Shown one piece after another: positions 52,150-64,000 of a stretch of DNA of 64,000 nucleotides. The notes under the pieces were generated by a model. That model saw nothing but the letters and a program-made list of their open reading frames with translations, was not told where the DNA came from and did not search any database. How positions within the stretch are numbered: position 1 is the first letter of the stretch; each line of letters opens with the position of its first letter. The translations under genes were made by a program, and so were the position numbers. The stretch is from the NCBI RefSeq assembly GCF_031769215.1, contig NW_026782038.1, forward strand, positions 372,001-436,000, in the 5' to 3' direction. The DNA comes from Ylistrum balloti. Its lineage: Eukaryota.

Positions 52150-52919
52150 CATTCTCAAGCCATATAGATAAGCAAAGATATCATTTGGCTTTGCATTTGA
52201 GACAAGAGCAGTTAGGTAGATCCCAAGTTTATTTGAACTGGGTTTTTAAAATTTGTTATTGACCTTTAAAGTTGACACTGAAAGCATAATTGATAAATAT
52301 CACAAAAAGTTGTAAGAACAATAAGCAGGAAAAAAAATAAAAATTAGGTTAAAAAAACAATGTAAAAGTACATGACTGGAGATGTGTATCTGACATAGTT
52401 TCATATCTCATATGGCAAAAACATTTATGACTATAGAATTATAGATGTAATGAATTAACACAAATTTCTGTATGCATATTTATCATGTGGTAACTTGTAA
52501 AATATACTACATAAAATAAGAGAAACTATTTCAAAATTGAATAGAAAGAAAATATTGACAAGGAATGCCAAAATCAGAAAAAAAATTGATATTTACTTCA
52601 AAGTAGATTTAGTGGGGTTTTATATAATGTTTTTGTACCATAAACATACAAAGAAAGGAAGTCCAATCTTTTCATGCCTGAATTGTTTCACTGACAACAG
52701 TGTTAAACTAATGAGATATCCACTGATCTGATATTTATAATTTGAAAATTGATATTGTGAAATATCAGTAGAATTATGACCTTATTCATGCAAATTTTAA
52801 ATAATAATTTATTATGCTCTATTTTAAAATTGGTAAATTTGAACTTTTTATATTTTGGTTTATTGATGCTATATGTAATATTAATAAAAAGGGTCATTTA
52901 AGGATATGCCAGCTTTCAG

Positions 52920-53062
52920 TGGTGGAGGAAAGCAGGAGTTCCCTGAGAAAAACCACTGATCTGTGGCCAGTACCTCATGACTTCTCCCAAGTAGACATGG
53001 AACCTGTGGCCCAGAGGTAGAGGGCTAATGATTAAGACAGTCATATGCTTTAACCACTCATC
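52920..53062 (+). mobile_element. SINE-like interspersed repeat fragment
   Basis: GGAGGAAAGCAGGAG...GAGAAAAACCACTGATCTG...TTAACCACTC motif; related decayed copies near 36225-36355 and 47900-47990. Family assignment is from recollection, not a search. Confidence 0.4.
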
Positions 53063-54730
53063 ATCTTGGCCTCTCAAACTTTTTAGATAATATTGTTGTC
53101 AGAAATAAAATTTTAAACCTTCATTATCAAGAAAGTTGAAGAGCTTGCCTTTCAGATAAGGAGGACAGGTGAATGGTTGTTATCAATACATAGTTTATGT
53201 ACTGGTAACAAGAAGTATGATAATGAACGTTTAAAAAGACAATGTTACAAAGTTCACTATGGAGACAAAGTTTCATGTTTTTCATATATTTTCATCATCA
53301 TTGCAGTGATTATCTTTTTAATATGATTTCACCAGCAGTGTTTAGTAGAGTTTGTAAAACTCTCATATTTCTGTTAAACATTACTAGTACATGTAATTTC
53401 TATCTTAACTTTAAATTCGGACCATCAGCTTTTGAGTTTTTAGAATGACCCAGACTTTGAAGCTAGGCTTACATGTACATTTTATTACCAATTTTGTTAG
53501 ACAAGTTCCTCTGAATAGAATACAGCAATATCGAAAGAAATAGACATACATTCACTAATAAATATATTGTTATTAATCCTTCTGAACACAAATATGTAAG
53601 CTTCATTTTGTTGAAGGTGTGAATGAAATTTTGAATCCTTTTCCACAACATATTTTACTCAACTTACCGATTTGTCTTTGGAAAAAAGAAAAAATATATA
53701 AATTATTGTATTTGAAAGACAATTACACCCTTGTTTAACATTACCCTCCTCATTCCTTCCCTTCCCTTAATTCTTAACAGGAAAAATCTTAGGAAGGAAA
53801 ATTAATACATAGAACATTGTGGCTAGCCTAATATGGGTAATAGGTTTTGTAGAAACCTGAAATAATTTTTGAGGAGGAATAGCATATAAACAGTGAAGGG
53901 ATAAAATATTATTGAGTACCAGTTATTTGTTTCTATGACAACTGTAAAAAAAATCCCTGATTGCAAATGGCACTACAATAACACCAGTACAAATCTGAAT
54001 CATCTTCAATATGTATTTAACACGAGAAATGAAATTCCAACATACTTCATTGGGTAATCTGTGGTTGTTATCTCATGCTGGGTAGGGAAAAACAGCTGGC
54101 ATGTGCCATGAGGCTACTCATAATAGGGTAGCATCATTAATTTATGTAGCATAACCATGTCTAAAATTGATAAAGTCATCAATTTCGACACACATTACAT
54201 GATGGCCTGATGATTAGGTTTCACAACAACTTACAATTGGTTATGGCTTTTTAAGTCTGTGAGAAAAAAATTAAACGTAAGTCTGTACTATGGACAGGTA
54301 TATTTCAAACCTTGTGCCACTCTTACACTCAGTTAAAATACCTGTCAATAAAACAAACCCATGTAAGATTATATTACTCTACAATTAATGTTAAATTTGA
54401 GTGCCAGCTAATCTAATTCTTAAGGTGGAAATAAATTCTCTATGAGATTTTGACATTATACTTTATTTTTACCAAAATATGCATTTACAGAAATATTATC
54501 AAACTTAATCATATAATAATACTTTTCCTGGGACGATTGGGTAAGTTGTTCAAGATAATTCAAGAATTGTTTATTTCATTCACACCCTCACAAGATTGTA
54601 GACAAAAATCCAGTGACAGGATAAGATCCTCTACCCTGTTTGTATTGTACATCTTCAATATCCATAAAAATATATGTAACAATCATCTTAATAAATTTGA
54701 TGCAAAACATTTATGCTCTCAGCAATTATC

Positions 54731-57700
54731 TCAAATGAATTCTAGTCCTTCAAATTTATAGTCTCCAATTTTTCTATCTGATAGAATTATATCTCCATTA
54801 ACAGTGAATACAAGTATATAGGATGCAACTTTTCCATCTACTTCCTCTGATTTTAACGCAACAATCATCTGATCATTAGTCTCTGGAATGAATTTGAATG
54901 AAGAAAACCCTCGTAACTCATTTTTAACACCTATGTATCTTATTTCAATATCATCAAATTTGTCATTTGCTATTATCATCATGTTTGTTGCCCTTCTTTC
55001 ATCTATCTTGTCATCGTATCTCGTTTTGCTGGCTCGACGAGGAAGGAAGAACCAACGCTTGTGAATGTCACTCCATACAGAAGACTCATGGATCATATAT
55101 CCTGGAAAGGAATCAAAGAAATGAAGTAAAAATACTTAATAAAAGTAATAAACAATCAATATAAACTACTCTAACTCCAGCGTTGCAGACTTACCTGATT
55201 CATCAGTTCAACCTGATATTGGTCATATCATTATCAACCTGCTTTAATCATGACAGTTCCTAGATCCACTGAACAATTTTGATCAGTATATAAAAATTCA
55301 AAAATTGATTTTTGATCTTAATATGGCCAAAAGAATCATCAAACATAATGTTGTTTAATGACCCTTTAAAACACCCTTCCACCTCAACTTTGACGGGTAT
55401 TGACCAGATATTTAATGACTGGAGGTTTGTGACACCGAAATTTTAAACCAAAAAGAAAATATCTCATTGAATGAGTAACCTTTTTTAACCAACTTGTAAC
55501 TTTAAACACTACACCAAGTAGTAGAGCTCAACATTTTGTTTTTAGATATGAAACATCTATCATGTTTACTTGTCTAATTAGAGACCTGAGCATATCAGTA
55601 TATATACATATCCCATTTCGTGTCAACAGAGTGTAATAAATAAGTCATCAATAACTAGCATTTAGATTTATTTCAGTTTAAAATTCTGCATACACCAACA
55701 TACCTGCTTGGTATGTGTTAAAGATCACATGCAAGATGTATAGCTTATTCAAACTCATAGCCTTCATAAAGACTGGCATTTTTCTTACATAGTATACATT
55801 TTAAGTATACAAGAACACAGAAAAAAAACTGACTTGAATCTGTTTTATATTTAAAATACTTTTGCAACAAGTAAACTTATTACATCATTGTTCAAAATGG
55901 CAATCTCAGATCTTGCGGTCACATTTTTCAACAATCGGATCCGAAATTGAAATAAAATTCAAAAATTAAAATTTGAAATTTTATTATCTAAAATGTTAAA
56001 TTCAAAAGGCAGCCATTAAAGAAGTAGTATTACAGTGTTAACACATTATGACTGGAATCAGAACAAAAAAATGACATAAATTTCTAGATTTTTTCATTAT
56101 TATGAATTATCGTATGTCATTTTATAAATCTTTTTAAAATTATTTTTCAAGATGTATAACTGCTCATTAGCAAAATTCAAACCAGGCAAAGAATAATTAC
56201 CTGGTAGACTGTACCCAGTGGCTTTCCTCATGGCATTGTAATGAGTGTGCCAGTCATGATGTACAATCTGTCCAGTGGCTGATATGGACTTTACCCACTG
56301 AGGGTTTAAATTGACCACTTCCCCAGTCTGTGTTGTCCATTCTTTACCCAAACCTCCAACATACAACTTTCCATTTTTAACAGTCGCCCATTCACTTTTG
56401 AAACCTGTCAAAACCAAGAAAATTAAAGATAAGGTATTGGAAAATGTGCATTAACAATATCTAGAAGAATGAAAAAGTTCCTGTCATACAATGTACCTCA
56501 TAAATTTAGTTTTTATATGTCATGGTGATATTTTTTTCAAAAGATGTTGATCTGTTTCAGATTAATGGCAATTGAAGTTACAAAATAATTTTAATTCTAT
56601 CGGCAAAAAGACTACTTTAACTATTATTTTCAGCATTATGTTGCTTTTTTCACAATTCACATCAAAATACTTACAAAAAGATTACAAAATAGCATGTTAA
56701 CTCAAGCAAGTAAATTTGAGCTGCAGGAAGTAATGGACTGCACAAACATAATTAAAATGCAATTTGGAACTAACATATTTATCAAGTTATAATTCCATAT
56801 GCCTGGTAATAAGCCCATCCATACTTATTGCTGTGGCAGAATTACAATAATCATTGTGCTTATAACTTCCATTTCATTGTCCTGTCATGAAAAAGGCCAT
56901 TTCCTGATTTTGACTCAAAAGATTATGTACATGCTTCTGGGCTTTTTACAGGATAGATTTCAGTGAATAAGAAATTTCAGATAAAAAAATCTTGCCTATC
57001 AATGCTAGATGTAACACAGATCATTACTTATTTCTAACCTTCCATTATGATTAAAACCAGGGACCTCTGGTTTACAAGTCTCAAACTTCAATGATTGAAC
57101 TAAAGAGAAGATCTTTCTAGTCGAGCAGTATATTGGGGCTAGTATTTACCAGAGTTACATGTACCAGCATCAAATTTAACCGTGGTAAATACAAAATGGT
57201 ACATGTTACATCACGACAGAGTGATCTGATTTTCCATATAGTTATCACATGTAACCTTGGTAAATACTAGAAGACACAAGATGTTATATCACAGATTAAT
57301 TTTGTTATCCCAACACACGCACTCAGCATGGTCAATGAAGGATTCAACATCTGTCAAAACTCCAATTCTTAGACTGTTTTCTTTATTGGTTTGACTAGTC
57401 AGACCAGGAAAGTTAATTAATGAATTAACTAAGAATGGATTTGATGATCTTTTTTTGCTTCTTTATAAAACCTTTTTCGTATGCTGATTTATTGTGATTT
57501 ATGCCTTAAACGTTAATTATACTTAAAATGTTAATGAACCAGTTTGCTCGCATGATGTAAAACAATGAAAGCATCCCAAGTGTTAGCATCAGTAGAAATT
57601 CTGTCTCTGATACTTATTAGCTAAAAATCTATTAGTTAAAAAAATACATACACTACCGTGGAAATGTATTATTGACCGTAAATGGTTGATTTAAGTACAT

Positions 57701-58304
57701 TAACTTGTTTGATACCTTTCTGAGATCTGCCATCACCATCTGTAAGTATTACCCAAGGAATCGCCATATTGTCAATGATCTCGTACACAACTCCCGTCCT
57801 GTCGTCCACTGTGTAGAGTTTTCCATTAAAAACAATAAGCTCGGAAAGCTCCATCCCACGCCCTCCTAGACTTAATGAGGATTTAAGAATTTTCGGCTTC
57901 ACATCGAATTTCGTAGTAACATATTTCTGATCAGTAGATATTGACAAAGTTCCATATAACATGTAGCTTAACCATGTATTTTTGTCTTTTTCACTCTTAG
58001 ACTCTGTATCTAAATCCGTCACAACAGCTATTTTATAATGAATTCCGGATTCATTTTTAACAGGAGATGTAAATGGATAATCATACTCATGCAAAACTGG
58101 ATATATATCAGGACAATTTCGTTGTATATATTGAGAAGGTAGTATATAAACAACTAGTATAAGAACTGCTGCCATGAATAATACTCCATATGCAACAGTG
58201 CGAGTTTTGACATGAAGGCGCGCATTGCCAACTCTGTAGGGTACTGGCCTCCGTATTGCCTTCATCCAGTCATGAACTGTCGACGGATAAGAGGTAGAAC
58301 TCAT
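54731..58304 (-). CDS. CANT1: Soluble calcium-activated nucleotidase 1 (apyrase), 387 aa
   Basis: Exons 58304-57716, 56404-56201, 55101-54731; 1164 nt, phases compatible. N-terminal TM anchor; motifs GRGMELSEL, YTVDDRTG, FKSEW, LYVGGLGKEW, MIHE, FLPRRAS, RGFSSFKF, ALKSEE, KFEGLEFI. Confidence 0.97.
57139..57270. mobile_element. MITE-like element with 24-bp inverted ends
   Basis: CTAGTATTTACCAGAGTTACATGT (57139-57162) and ACATGTAACCTTGGTAAATACTAG (57247-57270), 2 mismatches; no clear TSD. Confidence 0.5.
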
Positions 58305-58755
58305 TTTAGTGCTGCATTTCAACACTCTTCAAATCATTATTTACTCTGACGTGGCTCTCCATAGCTTTTCGTCTGCCCAAACATATTACACCGATCTGTG
58401 TACATTAAACACTTATATTATTTCTTGCTAAATTGCGTACAATTAAAGCGTACGGAAGACTTATTTATGGTACCATATACATTTTCAGCTGAGGAGAGGA
58501 AACAGGTGCCTGTTTACGGATCGACTTGAGAAAAAAATAAACTTCTGTGTATACGATTGTGTCAAAAACGTATGGTGATGCAAATTGTATGTGTTAAATA
58601 TGATGAAATATGAAGCTTACAAAATTATCGTCAATTCAAGCATTGTAGTTTATTTTGAATAATATTCGCGGCACGTCTCACCGGCCTCCGTTTAATCTAC
58701 TACATACCAATTTGAATCACACGTGTTCTAAATTGTGTGAACAGGAGGACTAGAG
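58305..58755. promoter_or_regulatory. Putative bidirectional promoter region (CANT1 / unidentified gene)
   Basis: Head-to-head start codons about 450 bp apart; locally CpG-containing. Confidence 0.45.
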
Positions 58756-61700
58756 ATGAAGAAGGAAAAGGTATATCAATACGATGATTATGTTGTAACA
58801 ACCACCATATCTTTAGAAAGGACGATTATTTCAAACTATACAAATGAGATGATAAATCTGTGAAATCATTAAGTCCGTAGTTTGATATATGATATCCAAC
58901 GGTATATCGGATACGTCGGTCACTATATGCACTTAAAATATTGAATACACTGAGTTAAAATCATATATTCATCAATACAGCGGTTTCAAGATAGATGATT
59001 AGTGTTTAACATATATGAAAGCGTTCGTGCTCTTTATAGCTTGATCCTATTTATTTTTAATACTATTTAACTGAGTTGTTCACCGAGTGTAAGGGAGCAT
59101 CTGTTTTGCTATCGATCCAGTACACACATTTACAACACTGTAATGCGGGTTCCCTTAGCTAACAACGGTTTAAATCTAGCTATGAAATGGATGTCTTATA
59201 TATTGGAAAAAAGTCAAAATATCATGTATGTTTGCTTCCTTTTTTCTAGGTGCCTAAAAGCAAAGATAAAAAAAAGCAGAAAACAGTTTGGGAAGACACA
59301 AGAAATGAAGAGGTAAAATTATCCTACCATCTACTATTACTATCATAACACAAATTTAAATTACAGTAGAGTATGTACCACCTGATGTTCTCCGAAAGTT
59401 TATGATTATCCACAATTTTTACTTCTAATTTGTCTTTGTCACAGTCAGTAGTCAGAATTTCTCCCTCTATGAATTGAAGATACAAAATTTTGACATGGTT
59501 TGGTATGCATTCTGGCAATATATGATTTACAATAATGTCTTGTATAATTTCAAGTCACACAATGCATAAAAATAACACAACAGAGTTCATTTGGGGGATT
59601 AACAATTCATACTATATAACTGAGACTGAACGAGGACAATAACAATTATCAGTTTGTGAATAGTAGAATATATGGGTAAATCTGTTTGTTGTTGGTAGAG
59701 TTTCATTTAAGAAGTTCTTAACATCACTATTTCCTGGGAAGATCTTTATGGATCTTTCTCAAATTCCATATGTAAATTTCCTTTGGTCCCAAGTTTTATG
59801 TGTTCAGTGTTTTGACTAGTTGAAAAAAAATCGAGAAAAACTGACATGTTCATTCTAGATTATGAATTTGAAGTTTGTTTTTGCAATTTATATATGTAGA
59901 TCCTATTCATTCCCTATCAGGGCTCTCGATCTGCCAGATTTGGGGCCGATATTCGGCCCCATTCCCAATGCCAAATAGTATCCCAATTTAGATCCCATGT
60001 TTTCCCAATTCTAAGGAAAACACCATTATTTTTCCCAATTCTATGGGGCTCCGGGCCCCAGTCCCAAAATGGGGTTTGAGAGCCCTGTCTATAGGCCAAA
60101 AAAATTACTGACAGGTGGCCATCTTGGATTAATACAGTTGTAGTTGTTTATCTTTGTATTATCAGAGGTTCTGGATTATTCATCTTTTTGATAATTAGGT
60201 TTCTCTTGGTCTGGTTTTTTTTTTGTGTATTTATTATACTCCTTGAAAATTTTTGGGCGAGCTTATATCACCACCTTGTCCATCAGTCCATCTTTCCATC
60301 CCTTTTTTCGTGTCCAGAGATTAACTTTGCCTGTAGCAAGGATCACAAAATCTGGCGTATACATTGATTATACTATTACATTGTGCAGTGTACCCTCAAC
60401 CCCTAAATAATAATTAGTGCCCTTTGTTAAAATTTTTATATCCAGAGCATAACTTTGCTGGTATTTAAACTAGGATAGTGAAAACTGGTGTATACATTGG
60501 TCATATGAAGACAATGTGCAGTGTATCAATGTTCGGGCCCCCAACCCCTTAATTACAGAAGTGTTGCTATTTGTTAAAATTTTTGTGTCTGAGGCATTAC
60601 TGTGCCTGCATTTAACCTAGGATATTGGAAAAGCTATTATATACATCAGTCATACAAAAGTAAGATCCAGTGTACACATATATGTAGCATAGTCAGGGTT
60701 CATGACCCCTTAGTTACAGAGCTATTGCCCTTTGTTAAAACTTCGTGTCAAAAAAAGTTGTTTTTGAGGGGCACTGGTACTCTTGTTTTTGGAGACAAGG
60801 GAAAGAAGAGTAATTATGACCATACAAATTGTAGGTGCAGAGATCCTCTGGAATCAGTTGTTTCTTGTTAAGGTTCTTAATTCAAGTACAGCTTTTGTCA
60901 TAATAGATACTTATTTTATCAGCGTACAGTGTTTATTTATGGTTTCAGCAAATAATAAGTGATACTTGATAAAATGATTAATCTGGTAAATCACGATCAA
61001 AACACAATTCATTCATTGTATGAGACACCGTAATCTAAATATTTATTTATACTAGGACGAAGCAACTAGTACAGATCAGAAAATGCAGGAAACAAGATCT
61101 GAAGAGGAGGAAAAAGAAAAGGTATGTTTCAAAAGTGTGCAGGATAAGCCCACACTGTACCAACAACGTTGCATGGTACTGGTACTGTTGACATATGCCA
61201 TACAACATTAAGGAATTAAGCTGTCTTAGCAAATTTAATTTTGAATCAACGAAGAAAAGATCTGTATTTCTTGAACTTGTTCTGCTTTTGACTTGCTGTT
61301 TTATTAACTAGTATCATGTATTATATGTATGTAATATGTACTTATTGGCTGTAAGAATTGGTATTGAATTGAAACTGATGGTCACTTAGAATGATTAGTT
61401 GAAAAGGAGGTTTTAAAGTCATGTTTAAAATAGGATGTATTAGGGATGGGCAGGGTGCCCAATACCCACAGGCAACTTTGATTAATTGCTTCCTAAGTTT
61501 CTGGATCTTTCCCTATTTTACTTAACCTCTTCTGTTACAAATACTACAATCTGCCGCCTCTGTGGGGACAAGAAGCTCAAACCTCAGCTGAATTAAGTGG
61601 TGTTTCAATATGTCTTCTTTCTATACAAATGATGCTTAAAGGGATATTCTGTACAAGTTAGGGTTTCATTGGATGCTAACATAGAAAACTGCAAAATTAT

Positions 61701-64000
61701 GTAAATGTAAGGATTTCATGGGAAGTTTAAAAAAAACTGTACAAAATCATCTAAATGTAATCATTTTGCTTGGCTTGTTTTTATTTAGAATTCAACATCT
61801 TAGATATCAAGATGTGATATGTGTGTGAGTTTTTGGATAGAAATTTTTGATATATATATATTTTCTTCTTTTCATAATGTTGACTCACAAGGTTAAGTTG
61901 TGGCAGAAAACATGTTTGGATGTGATGCAGAAAGAAGAGGTAAGACACAGGAAGATAATGTTATAAAAGCAAGTAGTTTTTGTGAACTCTCTGTCAAGTG
62001 ACAATTGGACCATTCTAGTAGTATTTCTTTCTTAGAAAAACTCTCTGGTGTTGTGATTGAACTAGACTATAATCTTACACCAGGGGAAATACGCTCCAGT
62101 TTCACCAGCTCCCAACAAGCATAAGATCTCTTTATTTTTGCAGTTCTTTCGCAACTTCAATATTTTACTGATATCACCCTAGAATTACTTCCAGTAAAAA
62201 GACTTACCTGGTAAGTAAGATTTTGCTTGTAAACTGGCCTATCATTTAATTGTTGTATTTTTTGTAACATGGTTGTAAACGGTATGTTAGCAACTAAAAA
62301 TAAATTCGTTTCTTCTTAAAAGTGTATAATTGATTAGATTATTACATTATATACTTACTGAATATACCTTTAAAGTCCTAAGGTTATTGATCCAATAATT
62401 GAGTGTCATGTTATTGGTTGATATAAAGAAGCTGAGTAGAGTATATGAATGATCATCAGATATCAACTGGGTTAACCACCATTCACCTATCACCACTTTG
62501 TAGCATGATAGGATTACGGAGTTCCAGATGCGAGTCTGTATTAGATCTGTCGCTCTATTCCCATTCTCTTAATTATTGTTAACACTGATAACAATAATTA
62601 GTTGCTACTATCAGAACTTGATGTTTTTTTCTGGAAATGTGACCTAACAAGGAAGTGGAAGATGCATAGAAGATCTGGACTAGTTCAGTCAAATAATATC
62701 CAGCTATTAGTTTAGTAGCTTTCAAGTAAAGGTTCTTGGCATGAAGTCCTGTTGTATATGTTTGGAAGACATTACAAAGCTAAAGTGAAAATATGTTTTA
62801 AAGTTGATCAGGATCATCATCATGAGGAATATTACATTCTGTAGCAGTGGTTGAATTGTCATGCTGGATCCTGGTAGTGTACCTACATGAATACCTTAAT
62901 TAACCTACAGTATACTCTGTTGTCCAAATTATACTGCTTACTTATAGGAATATGCGTATAAACATATGGGGTTGCTTATTACAGGACATTGAAATAGCAT
63001 TGGTTAATAATTTTACTAATTTAAATTGCAATACATATGAGTGTGGGCTTTTTGCCAGACATGGCCTTATATTGCCCAAAAAATACAGTACTTTGCAGTG
63101 TGAAAGTGTTTCATAATTACCATAAAAACCCACATTATGTGTGTAGATTTTTTTTTTGAGAAAATAAGTATTTAAATTTGGGGGTTTGTACTTTGCATAG
63201 CTTTTGGATTTTCAGTTTTTTTAATGGAAAATTTGAAGATTCTGTGAGGCCGCCATCATTGTCAGGTACACAAAACTGACACAAAAAGGATCTAACAATA
63301 AATGAAATGTTTACTACATATATTAATGCAAACTGTCCAAGTCAGTATCATGGTGCTTTGTTTATTTGTATTAGCTAGGCCAATTCAGTTTGACACCACT
63401 AAATCAGCTAATATATATATATATAAAGATATAAGTGTAAAACTTGAGCGTTATAGCATTTTAATCACAATGGTAAATAGGATAATTGTTGCACTATGAA
63501 CATTTTAAAATGATCTGGTAATAAAGAGTTACTATGCCTGTGACAATGGAACAATATAACGTTCATGTGATGAGGGTACCTCATTGAGGGTACATTAGGG
63601 CAAGAAATTGTAGTAATTTTGCCCTGAAGAGCCTTAACTGATGAAACCGGTCTGCAAAGTAATTAATTATACCTACTACTTGTTGAATTTGGTTGATGTT
63701 GAGAACACTTCTACTTATGATGTTTTATTAATTTTATTGAGTGACTCCCTGCATACCTGTTGGTATCCGTCTTCCAGCAGTTTATCAACCTAAAGACCCT
63801 ATCTACCTATCTACCAGACCAGCGTTGACTCCTTCCTCCCCTTTTTAGTAAATCAACCCAGGTTGCAAAATAGATGAAATAAATAAATTGAAAAATTTGG
63901 TAATATATATTTTCTTCTTTTCACCTCTAGGTGTTGAAAACTCTTCAGCTGTTATTGAAGTCGGTGAATAGAGACAAAAAGAAAGCTCTGTTGTCTGATG
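58756..64000 (+). CDS. Unidentified protein, 5' part; charged N-terminus encoded by short phase-0 exons; continues beyond the window
   Basis: 58756-58770 (MKKEK, in-frame stop upstream), 59250-59312, 61056-61121, 61892-61939, 63931-64000. All have AG/GT boundaries, internal lengths are multiples of 3, and the joined frame is open. Divergent from CANT1. Confidence 0.6.
59918..60087. mobile_element. hAT-like MITE, 170 bp
   Basis: 10-bp TIR CAGGGCTCTC / GAGAGCCCTG with internal CCCAAT repeats; an 8-bp TSD is not preserved. Confidence 0.55.
60215..60869. mobile_element. Non-autonomous interspersed element with ~135-bp internal repeats (HINE-like)
   Basis: Repeated blocks CCAGAG...AACTTTGC...AGGAT...AAAA(C/T)TGG(C/T)GTATACATTG...CCCTTTGTTAAAA; T-rich start and TTCTTGTT end. 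Confidence 0.5.

Noticed and set aside
56183-56201. YSLPG repeated just after the CANT1 exon-2 donor (possible in-frame alternative donor)
   Set aside because: The second site (GTTTGA) is a poor donor and nucleotide similarity is low; probably chance.

Overview
AT-rich, intron-containing eukaryotic DNA. The repeat types and the Mab-21 subfamily suggest a bivalve mollusc, but this is inference. All gene models were built by hand from GT-AG sites with exon-phase checks. Left to right: (1) a minus-strand gene for a large acidic, low-complexity protein of unknown family (ATG 10019, 3' end not resolved beyond 2005); (2) a divergent, complete 12-exon WSC-domain peptide-O-xylosyltransferase (11189-26594, 883 aa); (3) a decayed intronless cGAS-like receptor (Mab-21 nucleotidyltransferase) pseudogene (36995-38928); (4) a complete LAMTOR3/MP1 gene (124 aa) with an extra, frame-compatible copy of one exon; (5) a complete 3-exon CANT1 apyrase (387 aa); (6) a divergent unidentified gene made of short phase-0 exons that runs off the right edge. 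About 9 kb lies in roughly 13 unrelated minisatellite arrays (26-58 bp units), alongside Helentron/HINE-like elements, MITEs and SINE-like fragments. The most notable unexplained signals are two tiny CAGAGAC-terminated palindromes (36 and 47 bp) flanked by ~7-bp duplications that resemble P-element excision footprints, the cGLR pseudogene lacking its GS motif, the duplicated LAMTOR3 exon, and the proximity of XYLT and CANT1. No CRISPR array or RNA gene could be supported. I found no clear multi-gene novel system.
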